From assembly GCA_018897195.1 (NCBI GenBank), contig JAHILH010000001.1, positions 348,565 to 412,564 of the forward strand: a DNA stretch of 64,000 bases. Reading direction: 5' to 3'. The position numbers and the translations under genes were made by a program. The notes under the pieces are model-generated. The model worked only from the letters and a program-made list of their open reading frames with translations. It made no database searches and was not told where the DNA came from. Source of the DNA: Patescibacteria group bacterium. Lineage in GTDB: Bacteria; Patescibacteriota; Patescibacteriia; Patescibacteriales; UBA12075. Numbering within the stretch: position 1 is the first letter of the stretch; the number at the start of each line of letters is the position of its first letter. Shown one piece after another: positions 44,329 to 52,930 of the stretch.

Positions 44329-45417
44329 TTAATTAATATACAAACTTGCCACACCTTCTTCATCCAAAAGGTTATCTCCGTACTTCTTGGCTTCAGATAT
44401 TTTTTCATTCAATAATTCACTTCCCTGGCTATTTACTTCGATTAGAGCTTGCAACTCTTGCACATCTTTATATAAAAACACCTGCTTTTCAAATTCTTTA
44501 AATACTGGTAAATCAGTCAAAAACACCGGCGTATTTGATACAAAGGCTTCCAGCAAAACCAGCGGGGCTGACATGGTATTATTTTCATCCAGTGCCGGCA
44601 TAATAACAGCATCAACCTCTTGATAAAATTTTACCATATTATCGATATTTCTTCTAAACTCAATATTTTCAATACCTATTTTTTTCACAGAGCTTATTAA
44701 ATTTTGAACAGCTCCCTCTTCACGCTCGGAAAATTTCCGCAACGCGATAATTATTTTTAAGTCGGAAAGACGTTGGGCTAATTCAATTACAATATTAACT
44801 CCAGCTGAAGTATCTGGATTACTAAGGTAGGCAATAGTTTTAATAACCGGCAAATCTTTTGCCGTGGATAAATTTTCTAAAAATATTTTTTTATTAGGTA
44901 AAACAGTGGCAACTGTTATTTTACTTGCCTCAACTCCCATTTTAATTAATTGATTCTTCAGATACAAGGTTCTGGTAAAAATATGATCTAATCTTCCATG
45001 AAATAGACGAATCCAAAAACCACCGATTCCACTCGTCTCCCTGGTGGAAAAAATCATAACCCTTACGCGAATATTCTTATTAAAAAACACCAACCAACAA
45101 AGCGAGAATAAAAAAGACCAATCTAGCGAAAATACCAAAACCAAATCAATTTCATTTTTTTTAAAGAATTTAAGGACACGAAAACCATCACCAATCCAAG
45201 TTAAATATTTTATCAATCTTATTTTTCCCGAATTTAAATAATAAAAAATATTAAGGCCAGCGATTGGCTCAAGCGGCTCGCCATATGAACACTGACTAAC
45301 GACTAACACCTCGGGAACAATTTTGGACAATTCCGTGCTTACAGCCCAAGCGCTTTTCTGAATACCCTCAATAAATGGCTTATGCATCTCTGGGGCAAAT
45401 ATTGCAATTTTTGACAT
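44329..45417 (-). CDS. Glycosyltransferase group 1 (GT-B)
   Basis: MSKIAIFAPEMHKPFIEGIQKSAWAV and MPALDENNTMSAPLVLLEAFVSNTPVFLTD. Confidence 0.7.
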   Translation of the reverse strand: MSKIAIFAPEMHKPFIEGIQKSAWAVSTELSKIVPEVLVVSQCSYGEPLEPIAGLNIFYYLNSGKIRLIKYLTWIGDGFRVLKFFKKNEIDLVLVFSLDWSFLFSLCWLVFFNKNIRVRVMIFSTRETSGIGGFWIRLFHGRLDHIFTRTLYLKNQLIKMGVEASKITVATVLPNKKIFLENLSTAKDLPVIKTIAYLSNPDTSAGVNIVIELAQRLSDLKIIIALRKFSEREEGAVQNLISSVKKIGIENIEFRRNIDNMVKFYQEVDAVIMPALDENNTMSAPLVLLEAFVSNTPVFLTDLPVFKEFEKQVFLYKDVQELQALIEVNSQGSELLNEKISEAKKYGDNLLDEEGVASLYIN

Positions 45418-45418
45418 A

Positions 45419-47176
45419 TTATAATTTAAATAATTCTTGAGTTTTATTCATAATCAACTCAGGAGTATATATTTTACTAATAAATTCTCTGCATTTCATA
45501 TTATGTTCATGCATTATTTGTTCGTTTTTAAGATAATACAAAATATTTTTTGCCAATTTTTCATGGTCATATACAGAATGAAACAAAGCCTTGTCCTTAA
45601 ATACGCCGGAAAATGACAATGTTGCAGGCAGACAAAGTGCGTTACCAGAAAGAGCTGCCTCATAAGCCGCCAAACACTGCCCCTCGGAGATAGATGAATT
45701 TAAATATATTTTTGTTTTTTGCAAATATGGCAATAAGTGGTCATGCGCAACAAAGCCGTGAATTTTTACAACATTGGCAAGGTCATGTTCTTTTATAAGT
45801 TTATCAAATTCGGGGTCACGCACCTCACCCACCACATCCAAGCGAATGTCGAGTAATGTTGCTTTAACAATTGCCAGCGCTCGAAGTATGGTGTTGATAT
45901 TTTTATCAGGGGTCACATTTCCAAGAAAAATTAAACCCGCTCTCGTGCCATCAATATTCTCTCTGGAAAAATGTTGCACATCAATCGCCAACGGCAGTAC
46001 AACAATCTTCTTCTCGTTAACACCTTGTTTAACTAAAAAATCTTTTTCCTCATCAGAGATAACACGAATTTTTTTAAAAAATTTAAAAACAAAATTCTCA
46101 ATTCGCTGCTTTAATAATGTTTTTCTCTGAACCGAGTCATGACCCATGAATACCGCTTTTCGGCAAATAAAAGGGACTAAGAATGACTGCCAGGTAAAAG
46201 TATTAACATAAATAACTGATAGCCTATTTTTATATAAATATTTTAAAAATTGCCACACATTCGCATAAGCCGTCATCTTAATATCATTATTAACTATACC
46301 AACTTTGTGAAAATCGTTTCCAATGTCCGCCCTTGCATCAATCGATAATATTCCCACCTGATATCCCAATAATTTTGCCGCCTTCAAGGCCTGCAAGTGA
46401 TAATTTTCATTAGCGGACAATGTGCGCATCTGTTGATGATAGCCCCAAATCATAAAGATAAAATCTTGCCGAGTCTTTTTGGCATATATCAAAATGTATG
46501 GCGAAAAAAACGATACAGAAGAAATCTTTAAATATAGACTATAAAGTATTTTTTTAAAAAAAGACGCCTGACTCTTATTAGCTTGTTTAATATCTTGATA
46601 TTGAACAGGTCTCACTTTTACAATTTCAAAACCACGCTGCTTCAAAATTTTGATTGCCTTGAGATAGGAGAAGGTAAAAAAACTATATCCCTGCGCCCTA
46701 CTCCTCCTATAACCTCTTGAGATAAAAGGATTGAACGAATTTCGCACATCAAAAACAAAATAACCATCATCTTTCAAAACATTATTAGAGCTACGTAGCA
46801 CTGATTCAATCTCTTTTTTTCCGGTTAGATTGTGAAGTGTATTGCATACCACCAAAAAATCAAACTTGGGAAAGTTATTTTTTTTTAAATAACCCAAAAC
46901 ATCACCACATTCCAGAGATAGCTTTGATGCGGAAATCTCTAATCGTGCCGCTTGAAGCATTTCCTCAGAGGTGTCGACGCCAGTTAATTCTATCTGAGAA
47001 TTCTTGTCGGAAATTTTTTTTAATATGCGACCATTACCACATCCAAGCTCAACAACTCGCGACCCGGATTGCTTTGATTGGCCAAGAATAAATGAGGCAA
47101 CATCATTTCTGATAATTTCCTCAAGGTAATTGGCTAAGCCGTAGGTGTTTGCTATTTTACTCCAATACTCTTGCAT
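45419..47176 (-). CDS. Fusion protein: N-terminal class I SAM methyltransferase + C-terminal group 1 glycosyltransferase
   Basis: MTase: VVELGCGNGRILKKISD and VVCNTLHNL. GT: LIFLGNVTPDKNINTILRAL and LNSSISEGQCLAAYEAALSGNALCLP. Confidence 0.7.
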   Translation of the reverse strand: MQEYWSKIANTYGLANYLEEIIRNDVASFILGQSKQSGSRVVELGCGNGRILKKISDKNSQIELTGVDTSEEMLQAARLEISASKLSLECGDVLGYLKKNNFPKFDFLVVCNTLHNLTGKKEIESVLRSSNNVLKDDGYFVFDVRNSFNPFISRGYRRSRAQGYSFFTFSYLKAIKILKQRGFEIVKVRPVQYQDIKQANKSQASFFKKILYSLYLKISSVSFFSPYILIYAKKTRQDFIFMIWGYHQQMRTLSANENYHLQALKAAKLLGYQVGILSIDARADIGNDFHKVGIVNNDIKMTAYANVWQFLKYLYKNRLSVIYVNTFTWQSFLVPFICRKAVFMGHDSVQRKTLLKQRIENFVFKFFKKIRVISDEEKDFLVKQGVNEKKIVVLPLAIDVQHFSRENIDGTRAGLIFLGNVTPDKNINTILRALAIVKATLLDIRLDVVGEVRDPEFDKLIKEHDLANVVKIHGFVAHDHLLPYLQKTKIYLNSSISEGQCLAAYEAALSGNALCLPATLSFSGVFKDKALFHSVYDHEKLAKNILYYLKNEQIMHEHNMKCREFISKIYTPELIMNKTQELFKL

Positions 47177-47180
47177 ATTT

Positions 47181-47834
47181 TTATTTATTAATAATTTTTT
47201 TAATTAAATAAAGTGCTACGCGAATAAATTTGAAACGCTTCAAATATCTGTAATAGACATATTTAGTCATACTGCAATTTTCAGTAATTTCTGTCTGGCT
47301 AATAGCCCATTTCTGCTTAAAGAAGGCGACATTGGCGAGTGCTGAATCCCTTGCATTCAAATAAATAAGTAATCCTAGATTAAAGAAAATAAAATCTTGG
47401 CTTTTTAAAAACTCAATAGCCTGCCAAATCAGTAAATAATTGGGACAATATTTTTTTTCAGAATGAACCGTTGCCGACAATCCAAGAAACGCTGTTTTTT
47501 CTTTGCCAAAAAAAGAATTTGCAGTTTTTGGCAAGATTAAAACAAAAGATACAGCTTGATTATTTCGATAAGCCACTAATAAATAATTTTCTGGATCCGC
47601 CAATAAAAGATCATAGCCCTTGGAATAAGGTACATACTCATTTTTTAGTAATTGTTTGAGCATGACACGACATTCATCAATAACTCCCACTTCGGCATTG
47701 CCATAATAAATTTGGACACTGACATTGTTTTTTTCAGCATACCTAATTTCAGTTCTACACTTAATCCGCTTAAACAATTCAGTCAACTCGCTTCTTAAGT
47801 CTATGTAGCCTATGGTGTATTTTAATATAGCCAT
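47181..47834 (-). CDS. GNAT-fold FemAB-like acyl/aminoacyl transferase (putative)
   Basis: LLVAYRNNQAVSFVLIL ... LLIWQAIEFLKSQDFIFFNLG ... FFKQKWA resembles the FemAB-like / Acetyltransf_6 family. Confidence 0.4.
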   Translation of the reverse strand: MAILKYTIGYIDLRSELTELFKRIKCRTEIRYAEKNNVSVQIYYGNAEVGVIDECRVMLKQLLKNEYVPYSKGYDLLLADPENYLLVAYRNNQAVSFVLILPKTANSFFGKEKTAFLGLSATVHSEKKYCPNYLLIWQAIEFLKSQDFIFFNLGLLIYLNARDSALANVAFFKQKWAISQTEITENCSMTKYVYYRYLKRFKFIRVALYLIKKIINK

Positions 47835-47835
47835 A

Positions 47836-49092
47836 TTATTGTCTTAAAAGTTTAAACACATATCCGCCCGTAAGGACGAAATTAAATGCTTGACTAATCA
47901 AGCTAGCACCAACCGCGCCATACATACCAAAAGAAGGGATTAAAAGTATGCACAGAATTAAATTCGCAATTGCCGCTAAAAGAGTTAGATAAAAATCCTG
48001 CTTCTGGCGGTTAAACGAAATCAGAACATGGTCTAATAATGAAACCATAAACATGAATATCAAAATCGGAGAAAGCAATTTGATAATTGAAGCGGATGGT
48101 GCGTATTGCGCTCCGAAAAAAAATATAAAATATTTTATCAGAATAATTATTGCCAAAGAAATCAAAGCGCCAGCAATAGCATAAGCCACTAAGCCACGTG
48201 CCACCAAAAATTTTAATCTAGGCTTATCGTTTATTCGCTGCGAAAGCATCGGTAATACTACCGAATTAATAAGGCTCGGGAAAATTTGTAATGTTAAAAC
48301 TATCTTTGTTGCCAACGCATAATAACCAACCTCCTCATAGCCATGAAAATATTTTAAAAATAACTGATCCGTTGAAAAGAAGATATACCCGAGGATGCCA
48401 AACAAGGATAATACAAAGCCATTTTTTAATAACTCAATTAGCAATGTCTTATCAAAACTTTTAAACGAGAACTTTATCCACTTACTCGCAAAATACCAGC
48501 TTGCTACCATCGTTGCAGTCGAAACTAATAAATAAAAAAATGCTAAATTAAACGCAGAGGGGCTTTTAAAAAAAAGAAAATAGAAAAAAGGAATTGATAA
48601 TATCGTTTCGATAAAATAAACCCTAGCCTCAAATTCAGCCTTTTGCATCGCTAAAAAAATAGCTGAGAATAATTCTTTTACATGGCCTACAAAAAAAGTT
48701 AACGCAATTATCGCGCCTATACCAAACAAGCTTAGTGAGGAGCCGCTGACAAACAGGATGCCAAGAGCGACAATTGTAGAAATAAATAAAATAGAGATCT
48801 TGGCAACAAATGAGGTGGTAACAATCTTATTTTTATCCTCAAAATGTTGATAATCTCTAATTAAGAGGATATTAATACCCCAATCAGAAACAATAAAGGC
48901 CATACTAACCAAGGCTACGGCATAATTATAAACACCGAATGATTCTGGCCCAAGCTGTTTTGCTGCTAACAAGATGATAAAAAAGCGCAATAATTTACTT
49001 GGCAGCACCCCGGCGAAACGCCAAAAAGAATTCTTTAAAAAAATCTGACGATTGCCCTGATTGGAAAATAATAATTGCCTTAAAGTGCTCAT
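47836..49092 (-). CDS. Wzx-type oligosaccharide flippase (MOP superfamily)
   Basis: 418 aa with about 12 TM segments. The N-terminal NSFWRFAGVLPSKLLRFFIILLAAKQLGPESFGVYNYA is typical of polysaccharide biosynthesis flippases. Confidence 0.75.
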   Translation of the reverse strand: MSTLRQLLFSNQGNRQIFLKNSFWRFAGVLPSKLLRFFIILLAAKQLGPESFGVYNYAVALVSMAFIVSDWGINILLIRDYQHFEDKNKIVTTSFVAKISILFISTIVALGILFVSGSSLSLFGIGAIIALTFFVGHVKELFSAIFLAMQKAEFEARVYFIETILSIPFFYFLFFKSPSAFNLAFFYLLVSTATMVASWYFASKWIKFSFKSFDKTLLIELLKNGFVLSLFGILGYIFFSTDQLFLKYFHGYEEVGYYALATKIVLTLQIFPSLINSVVLPMLSQRINDKPRLKFLVARGLVAYAIAGALISLAIIILIKYFIFFFGAQYAPSASIIKLLSPILIFMFMVSLLDHVLISFNRQKQDFYLTLLAAIANLILCILLIPSFGMYGAVGASLISQAFNFVLTGGYVFKLLRQ

Positions 49093-49094
49093 AA

Positions 49095-49649
49095 TTATTT
49101 ACGATACTTAATAACTCTGGCTGGATTGCCAACCGCAACAGCAAACGGCGGAATATCACGTGTCACAACACTGCCAGCACCAATCACCACGCCATCACCG
49201 ATATTAACATTTTTTAGAATAACTGATTTTGCACCGATCCAGCAATTTTTACCAATAACAATGCTACCCCTGCGACCGCCCTCATCCCCCTTTATATTGA
49301 TTAATACATTTTTATCAATATCATGATCACCGGTTATCAAATAACAATCTGGGGCAAGGCTCGTATATTCTCCGATAATAATTTCATCTTCAAGACCGGC
49401 ATTCAAGCTGCAAAATTCATTCACGAAGACATTTTTCCCAATCGTAATTTTTCCTTGCAAGCGCGTCAGGCGACCAATTGTTGAATTTTTACCGATTGTT
49501 ATCAAGTTACCACGATTAATTTTTGGTAGTCCAAAAATACGAACACCGCCAAGGAAAGGAACATGAACACCCAATAAGCGTAAATACACTATTTTTGGAA
49601 GACTAATAAATATATAAATTTGTCCGATTATATAATCCCTTAATCGCAT
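49095..49649 (-). CDS. Left-handed beta-helix (hexapeptide-repeat) O-acetyltransferase
   Basis: [50 protein letters not shown]. Confidence 0.85.
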   Translation of the reverse strand: MRLRDYIIGQIYIFISLPKIVYLRLLGVHVPFLGGVRIFGLPKINRGNLITIGKNSTIGRLTRLQGKITIGKNVFVNEFCSLNAGLEDEIIIGEYTSLAPDCYLITGDHDIDKNVLINIKGDEGGRRGSIVIGKNCWIGAKSVILKNVNIGDGVVIGAGSVVTRDIPPFAVAVGNPARVIKYRK

Positions 49650-49696
49650 ATAATTGAAATATTATGCTATATGAACCTTATAGCGTTTATTAAAAT

Positions 49697-49945
49697 CTAC
49701 CAATCCTTAATAACATCGATGGCCTTTTTCTTCACATCAAGGTATACTTCAATCGCCTTTTCTTCTACTTTTGGTGATATTAATTTCAGTATTTCCAAAC
49801 CTAAAATGCGATACTGCTTACCCACCTTATTTGCCTTTAAAATACCGTTTTTCAATAATCTTTTAACAGTGCTATTGCTCACTTTGAGCAATTTTTCCAC
49901 TTCCTCTGTTGTATAAACGCCGTTAGGCTTAATTTCTTCTGTCAT
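49697..49945 (-). CDS. Excisionase/MerR-type helix-turn-helix DNA-binding protein
   Basis: YTTEEVEKLLKVSNSTVKRLLKNGILKANKVGKQYRILGLEI matches the excisionase-family HTH_17 pattern. ATG 49945 is preferred over TTG 49951. Confidence 0.7.
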   Translation of the reverse strand: MTEEIKPNGVYTTEEVEKLLKVSNSTVKRLLKNGILKANKVGKQYRILGLEILKLISPKVEEKAIEVYLDVKKKAIDVIKDW

Positions 49946-49953
49946 ATACAATT

Positions 49954-49990
49954 ATTATACCAAAGTGTCATTGGGTGTCAATAGGTGTCA
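49954..49990 (-). promoter_or_regulatory. Consensus sigma70 promoter overlapping three 10-bp-phased TTGACAC/ATGACAC direct repeats (candidate operator)
   Basis: The minus strand reads TTGACACctaTTGACACccaATGACACtttggTATAATaattgtatATG. GTGTCA occurs on the plus strand at 49965-49970, 49975-49980 and 49985-49990. TTGACA (49981..49976), 16 nt, then TGgTATAAT (49959..49954). Only 8 nt separate the -10 from the ATG. Confidence 0.6.
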
Positions 49991-50020
49991 AAACATCAAA
50001 CAAGCAAGAATTTAATAATT

Positions 50021-50044
50021 AAAAAAGAAGGATTAACATCCCTC
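50021..50044 (-). terminator. Intrinsic terminator downstream of the epimerase gene
   Basis: The minus strand reads GAGGGAT-GTTA-ATCCTTC followed by TTTTTT. Confidence 0.65.
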
Positions 50045-50068
50045 TTTTTAAATATATATTACTATAGT

Positions 50069-51019
50069 TTATTTCTTCAAACTCTTAGTCCATTCAATCG
50101 TTCGTCCAATTCCCTCTTCAAGATAAATCATTGGCTGCCAATTCAAAATCTTGTTCGCCTTGCTGTAATCCAGGCAGCTGCGTCGCTCTTCTCCTGGCAT
50201 AGCCACTTTGAATTCCTTGGACACATCTTGTCCTAAGGCTTTTTCAATAGCTGCAATAATATCCAATAAATTATTCTCAATGCCCGTTGAAAAATTTATC
50301 TCACCTACATAATCAGATTCCGCTGCTGTCACAAAGGCATTAACCACATCATCAACATAAACATAATCCCGAGTTTGTAAACCGTCGCCGTTAATAAAAC
50401 TTGTCTTACTATTAACCGCATTATCAATAAAGATGGATACTACGCCCGCCTCCCCACCTTTATATTGACGTGGGCCATAGACATTGGAAAATCGCAAAGA
50501 AGTATAATTTTGTCCGTAAATCTTATAATAATAGCTTAAATATTTTTCAAAAGTTAATTTATGAATACCATAAGGCGAAAACGGATAAGTTGGATAAGTT
50601 TCCAAAGTTGGGATCTCCTCAGCACCGCCATAAAGAGCGCCACCAGTTGAAGAGAACATTACTTTCTTTACGCCATGACTATAAGCATTATCTAAGATAT
50701 TTAACGACCCCAAAACATTAACTTTATTATCAAAAACCGGATCTTTCACTGATAGACGCACATCAATCTGCGCCGCTAAATGAAAAACAAAATCAATCCC
50801 CCCATCTTCAGATTCTTTATCAAAAATATCTTTAATTTTTACCTCATCACAGATATTAACTTCATAAAACTTAGCCGTCTCATTAACATAACTGCGCATA
50901 CCGGAATACAGATTGTCAATCACAATCACTTCATGACCAAGCTCGATTAGTCTATCGACCAAAGTCGAACCAATAAAACCGGCGCCGCCAGTTACTACTG
51001 ACTTAATTCTTTTCTTCAT
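50069..51019 (-). CDS. NAD-dependent sugar-nucleotide epimerase/dehydratase (SDR family)
   Basis: VVTGGAGFIGSTLVDRL (Rossmann fold) and YGIHKLTFE (YxxxK). Confidence 0.88.
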   Translation of the reverse strand: MKKRIKSVVTGGAGFIGSTLVDRLIELGHEVIVIDNLYSGMRSYVNETAKFYEVNICDEVKIKDIFDKESEDGGIDFVFHLAAQIDVRLSVKDPVFDNKVNVLGSLNILDNAYSHGVKKVMFSSTGGALYGGAEEIPTLETYPTYPFSPYGIHKLTFEKYLSYYYKIYGQNYTSLRFSNVYGPRQYKGGEAGVVSIFIDNAVNSKTSFINGDGLQTRDYVYVDDVVNAFVTAAESDYVGEINFSTGIENNLLDIIAAIEKALGQDVSKEFKVAMPGEERRSCLDYSKANKILNWQPMIYLEEGIGRTIEWTKSLKK

Positions 51020-51047
51020 ATACAATAATTAATGATTTATTATCGTT

Positions 51048-51959
51048 TTAGCAATGATCGTGCCCACAACCGCAATCATCATCTTCTTTATGATAATTAT
51101 GCAAGAAGTCACCATAAACCCCCTTAACCACTTCAATGTCCTTACCGCTACCAAGCAAAAGGCTCAGATTCTTGGATTCGATTGCTTCCAAAATATTCAA
51201 TCCCAAAACATCTTCCTTTGCCAAATCAGCATACATTTGCCTAAAGGCGGTATAATCTTTCAGGAAACAATGTCCGCCTGCACCACGTCCCAATATGCCT
51301 AAAGTTTCATGTACGGGGCTCATGTGCGCTTTACCGATTCTTGGATCAGCTGTGATTGCCTGTTGCACCGGCTCCCAATCACATTCCAGAGACTTTGTTA
51401 AGTCATATAAAATATTGGCGTAAATAATCTTGATATAAAGAAAAACGTTAGCACCGTATTTAACTACTTCTGCTTCACGGGCCTTGCATATCAACTTCAG
51501 CGGCGCCTCTGGCAAAATCGACAAAACTTCTTCGGCTTTCATACGATATTCATCATTATCAACCGGCATGCCAATAATATTGCGAGTTGGATGAGCAGCA
51601 TCATAAGCCGCATTTTTTTCTGTCAAAAACTCCGGAGAATGCAAAACAAAGATATCTGGAAAAGTATCTTGCAAATTTTCCGTTGTTCCTGGCAGGATGG
51701 TTGATTTAATTACCGCCGTTTTACCACAACCAACCTCTGTTAGCGCATCTCTCACAATCGAATAATCAAAACCCTCAGGTGTTGTCGGGGTCGGCACGGC
51801 GATGAAAACGATATCACAATCTGCAATCAGTTCACGATTGCCCTTATATTGATCTTCTAAACCATAGCGCACAACCTCATAACCCCTGGCCTCAAAATCA
51901 TTAGCATAATTTTTACCAATCCAGCCTTGACCGATAAAACCGATTAATTGTTTAGTCAT
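51048..51959 (-). CDS. UDP-glucose/GDP-mannose dehydrogenase-family protein, short form with Cys/His-rich C-terminal tail
   Basis: IGFIGQGWIGKNYA, VFIAVPTPTT, VIKSTILPGTT, SPEFLTEKNAAYD, GGHCFLKD (catalytic-Cys block). At 303 aa it seems to lack the usual C-terminal UDP-binding domain and ends HKEDDDCGCGHDHC. Confidence 0.6.
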   Translation of the reverse strand: MTKQLIGFIGQGWIGKNYANDFEARGYEVVRYGLEDQYKGNRELIADCDIVFIAVPTPTTPEGFDYSIVRDALTEVGCGKTAVIKSTILPGTTENLQDTFPDIFVLHSPEFLTEKNAAYDAAHPTRNIIGMPVDNDEYRMKAEEVLSILPEAPLKLICKAREAEVVKYGANVFLYIKIIYANILYDLTKSLECDWEPVQQAITADPRIGKAHMSPVHETLGILGRGAGGHCFLKDYTAFRQMYADLAKEDVLGLNILEAIESKNLSLLLGSGKDIEVVKGVYGDFLHNYHKEDDDCGCGHDHC

Positions 51960-51993
51960 AAATTTTTATAATAAATATTAATAATTTTTTTTA

Positions 51994-52803
51994 TTACGAA
52001 ATCACTTCTTCCATATCTTTAATAATCTTTCGGTACCACCCTTTTGGTCTATTTTCATCTTTTATTTGCAAAATAAATTTTTTGCCAGCCAACTTAGCGA
52101 CCGCGTACCCTGGCAAAGCAATTTCACCTAAGCAATAACATTTTACCTTGTCAGACCAATGAATCCATTTCCTAGTCTGATAAAATATTTTGATAAAATT
52201 TAAAAATCTATTTTTAGTTCTGACAACTAAACGAAAATTAGGTATCTCCATTTTATAATCTTTCTTTCCAAAAACAATGCCGCGATACTCACAGTCTTCG
52301 GCCGGTTTATAATCAACCACATCCTCCTCGTTGACTAGAATAAAAAAACGTTGTTTATCTCTTTCACCAAATTTCTTTTTTAATTTTTTTTCTCGATGCT
52401 CTTTCTCAAAAATAACAAATTTATTCATTAAAAAACTCCAAATCGATAATAAGATTGTACTTACCAACTGCGCCAATAAATAATAAATATGGAATTTGCG
52501 CACCGCTTCATGAACAATTACCGCATTCAAGACCAGATTAGTTGTTCCAACAAATAAATATATCGACAACTGTCTGGGAATTTTTTCAATGTTCGCATTT
52601 CTAAATGTCCAAAATTTTTGCAAAGAAAAACTAATTGAAAAGGCCACTGCAAATGCTATTGTCGACGACAGTATCAACCCCATTCTCCAAACCCCATGCA
52701 ATAAATACAATAACCACAGTTCGGCTAAGGTTGCTGTCGTGCCTGATATAGCAAACTTAATATAAATCTTATTCTTATGTAATAAATTTAACAGGTAATC
52801 CAT
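51994..52803 (-). CDS. GtrA-family membrane protein fused to a ~130-aa C-terminal soluble domain of unknown function
   Basis: IKFAISGTTATLAELWLLYLL ... LQKFWTFRN (GtrA-like) with four TM segments, then a Lys-rich linker and an unassigned domain. Confidence 0.65.
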   Translation of the reverse strand: MDYLLNLLHKNKIYIKFAISGTTATLAELWLLYLLHGVWRMGLILSSTIAFAVAFSISFSLQKFWTFRNANIEKIPRQLSIYLFVGTTNLVLNAVIVHEAVRKFHIYYLLAQLVSTILLSIWSFLMNKFVIFEKEHREKKLKKKFGERDKQRFFILVNEEDVVDYKPAEDCEYRGIVFGKKDYKMEIPNFRLVVRTKNRFLNFIKIFYQTRKWIHWSDKVKCYCLGEIALPGYAVAKLAGKKFILQIKDENRPKGWYRKIIKDMEEVIS

Positions 52804-52839
52804 ATAATAATTAATTTAATAAGTTCACCTGCTTAATAG

Positions 52840-52926
52840 CGGAAGGAAAGGGATTTGAACCCTTGAAGGCTTTGACACCTTACCCGCTTTCCAAGCGAGC
52901 GCACTCGGCCACTATGCGACCCTTCC
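52840..52926 (-). tRNA. tRNA-Ser (anticodon GGA)
   Basis: Hand-folded. Acceptor GGAAGGG/TCCTTCC. Anticodon stem CTCGC/GCGGG with loop TTGGAAA. Long variable arm AAGG-TGTCAAAG-CCTT. T arm AAGGG-TTCAAAT-CCCTT. Discriminator G. 87 nt. Confidence 0.85.
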
Positions 52927-52930
52927 GTTT

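Noticed and set aside
49965-49990. Three evenly spaced GTGTCA repeats as a mini CRISPR-like or iteron array
   Set aside because: The units are only 6-7 nt with a 10-bp period, overlap a -35 box and sit directly upstream of an HTH gene. A promoter/operator interpretation fits better. No cas or rep genes are present.
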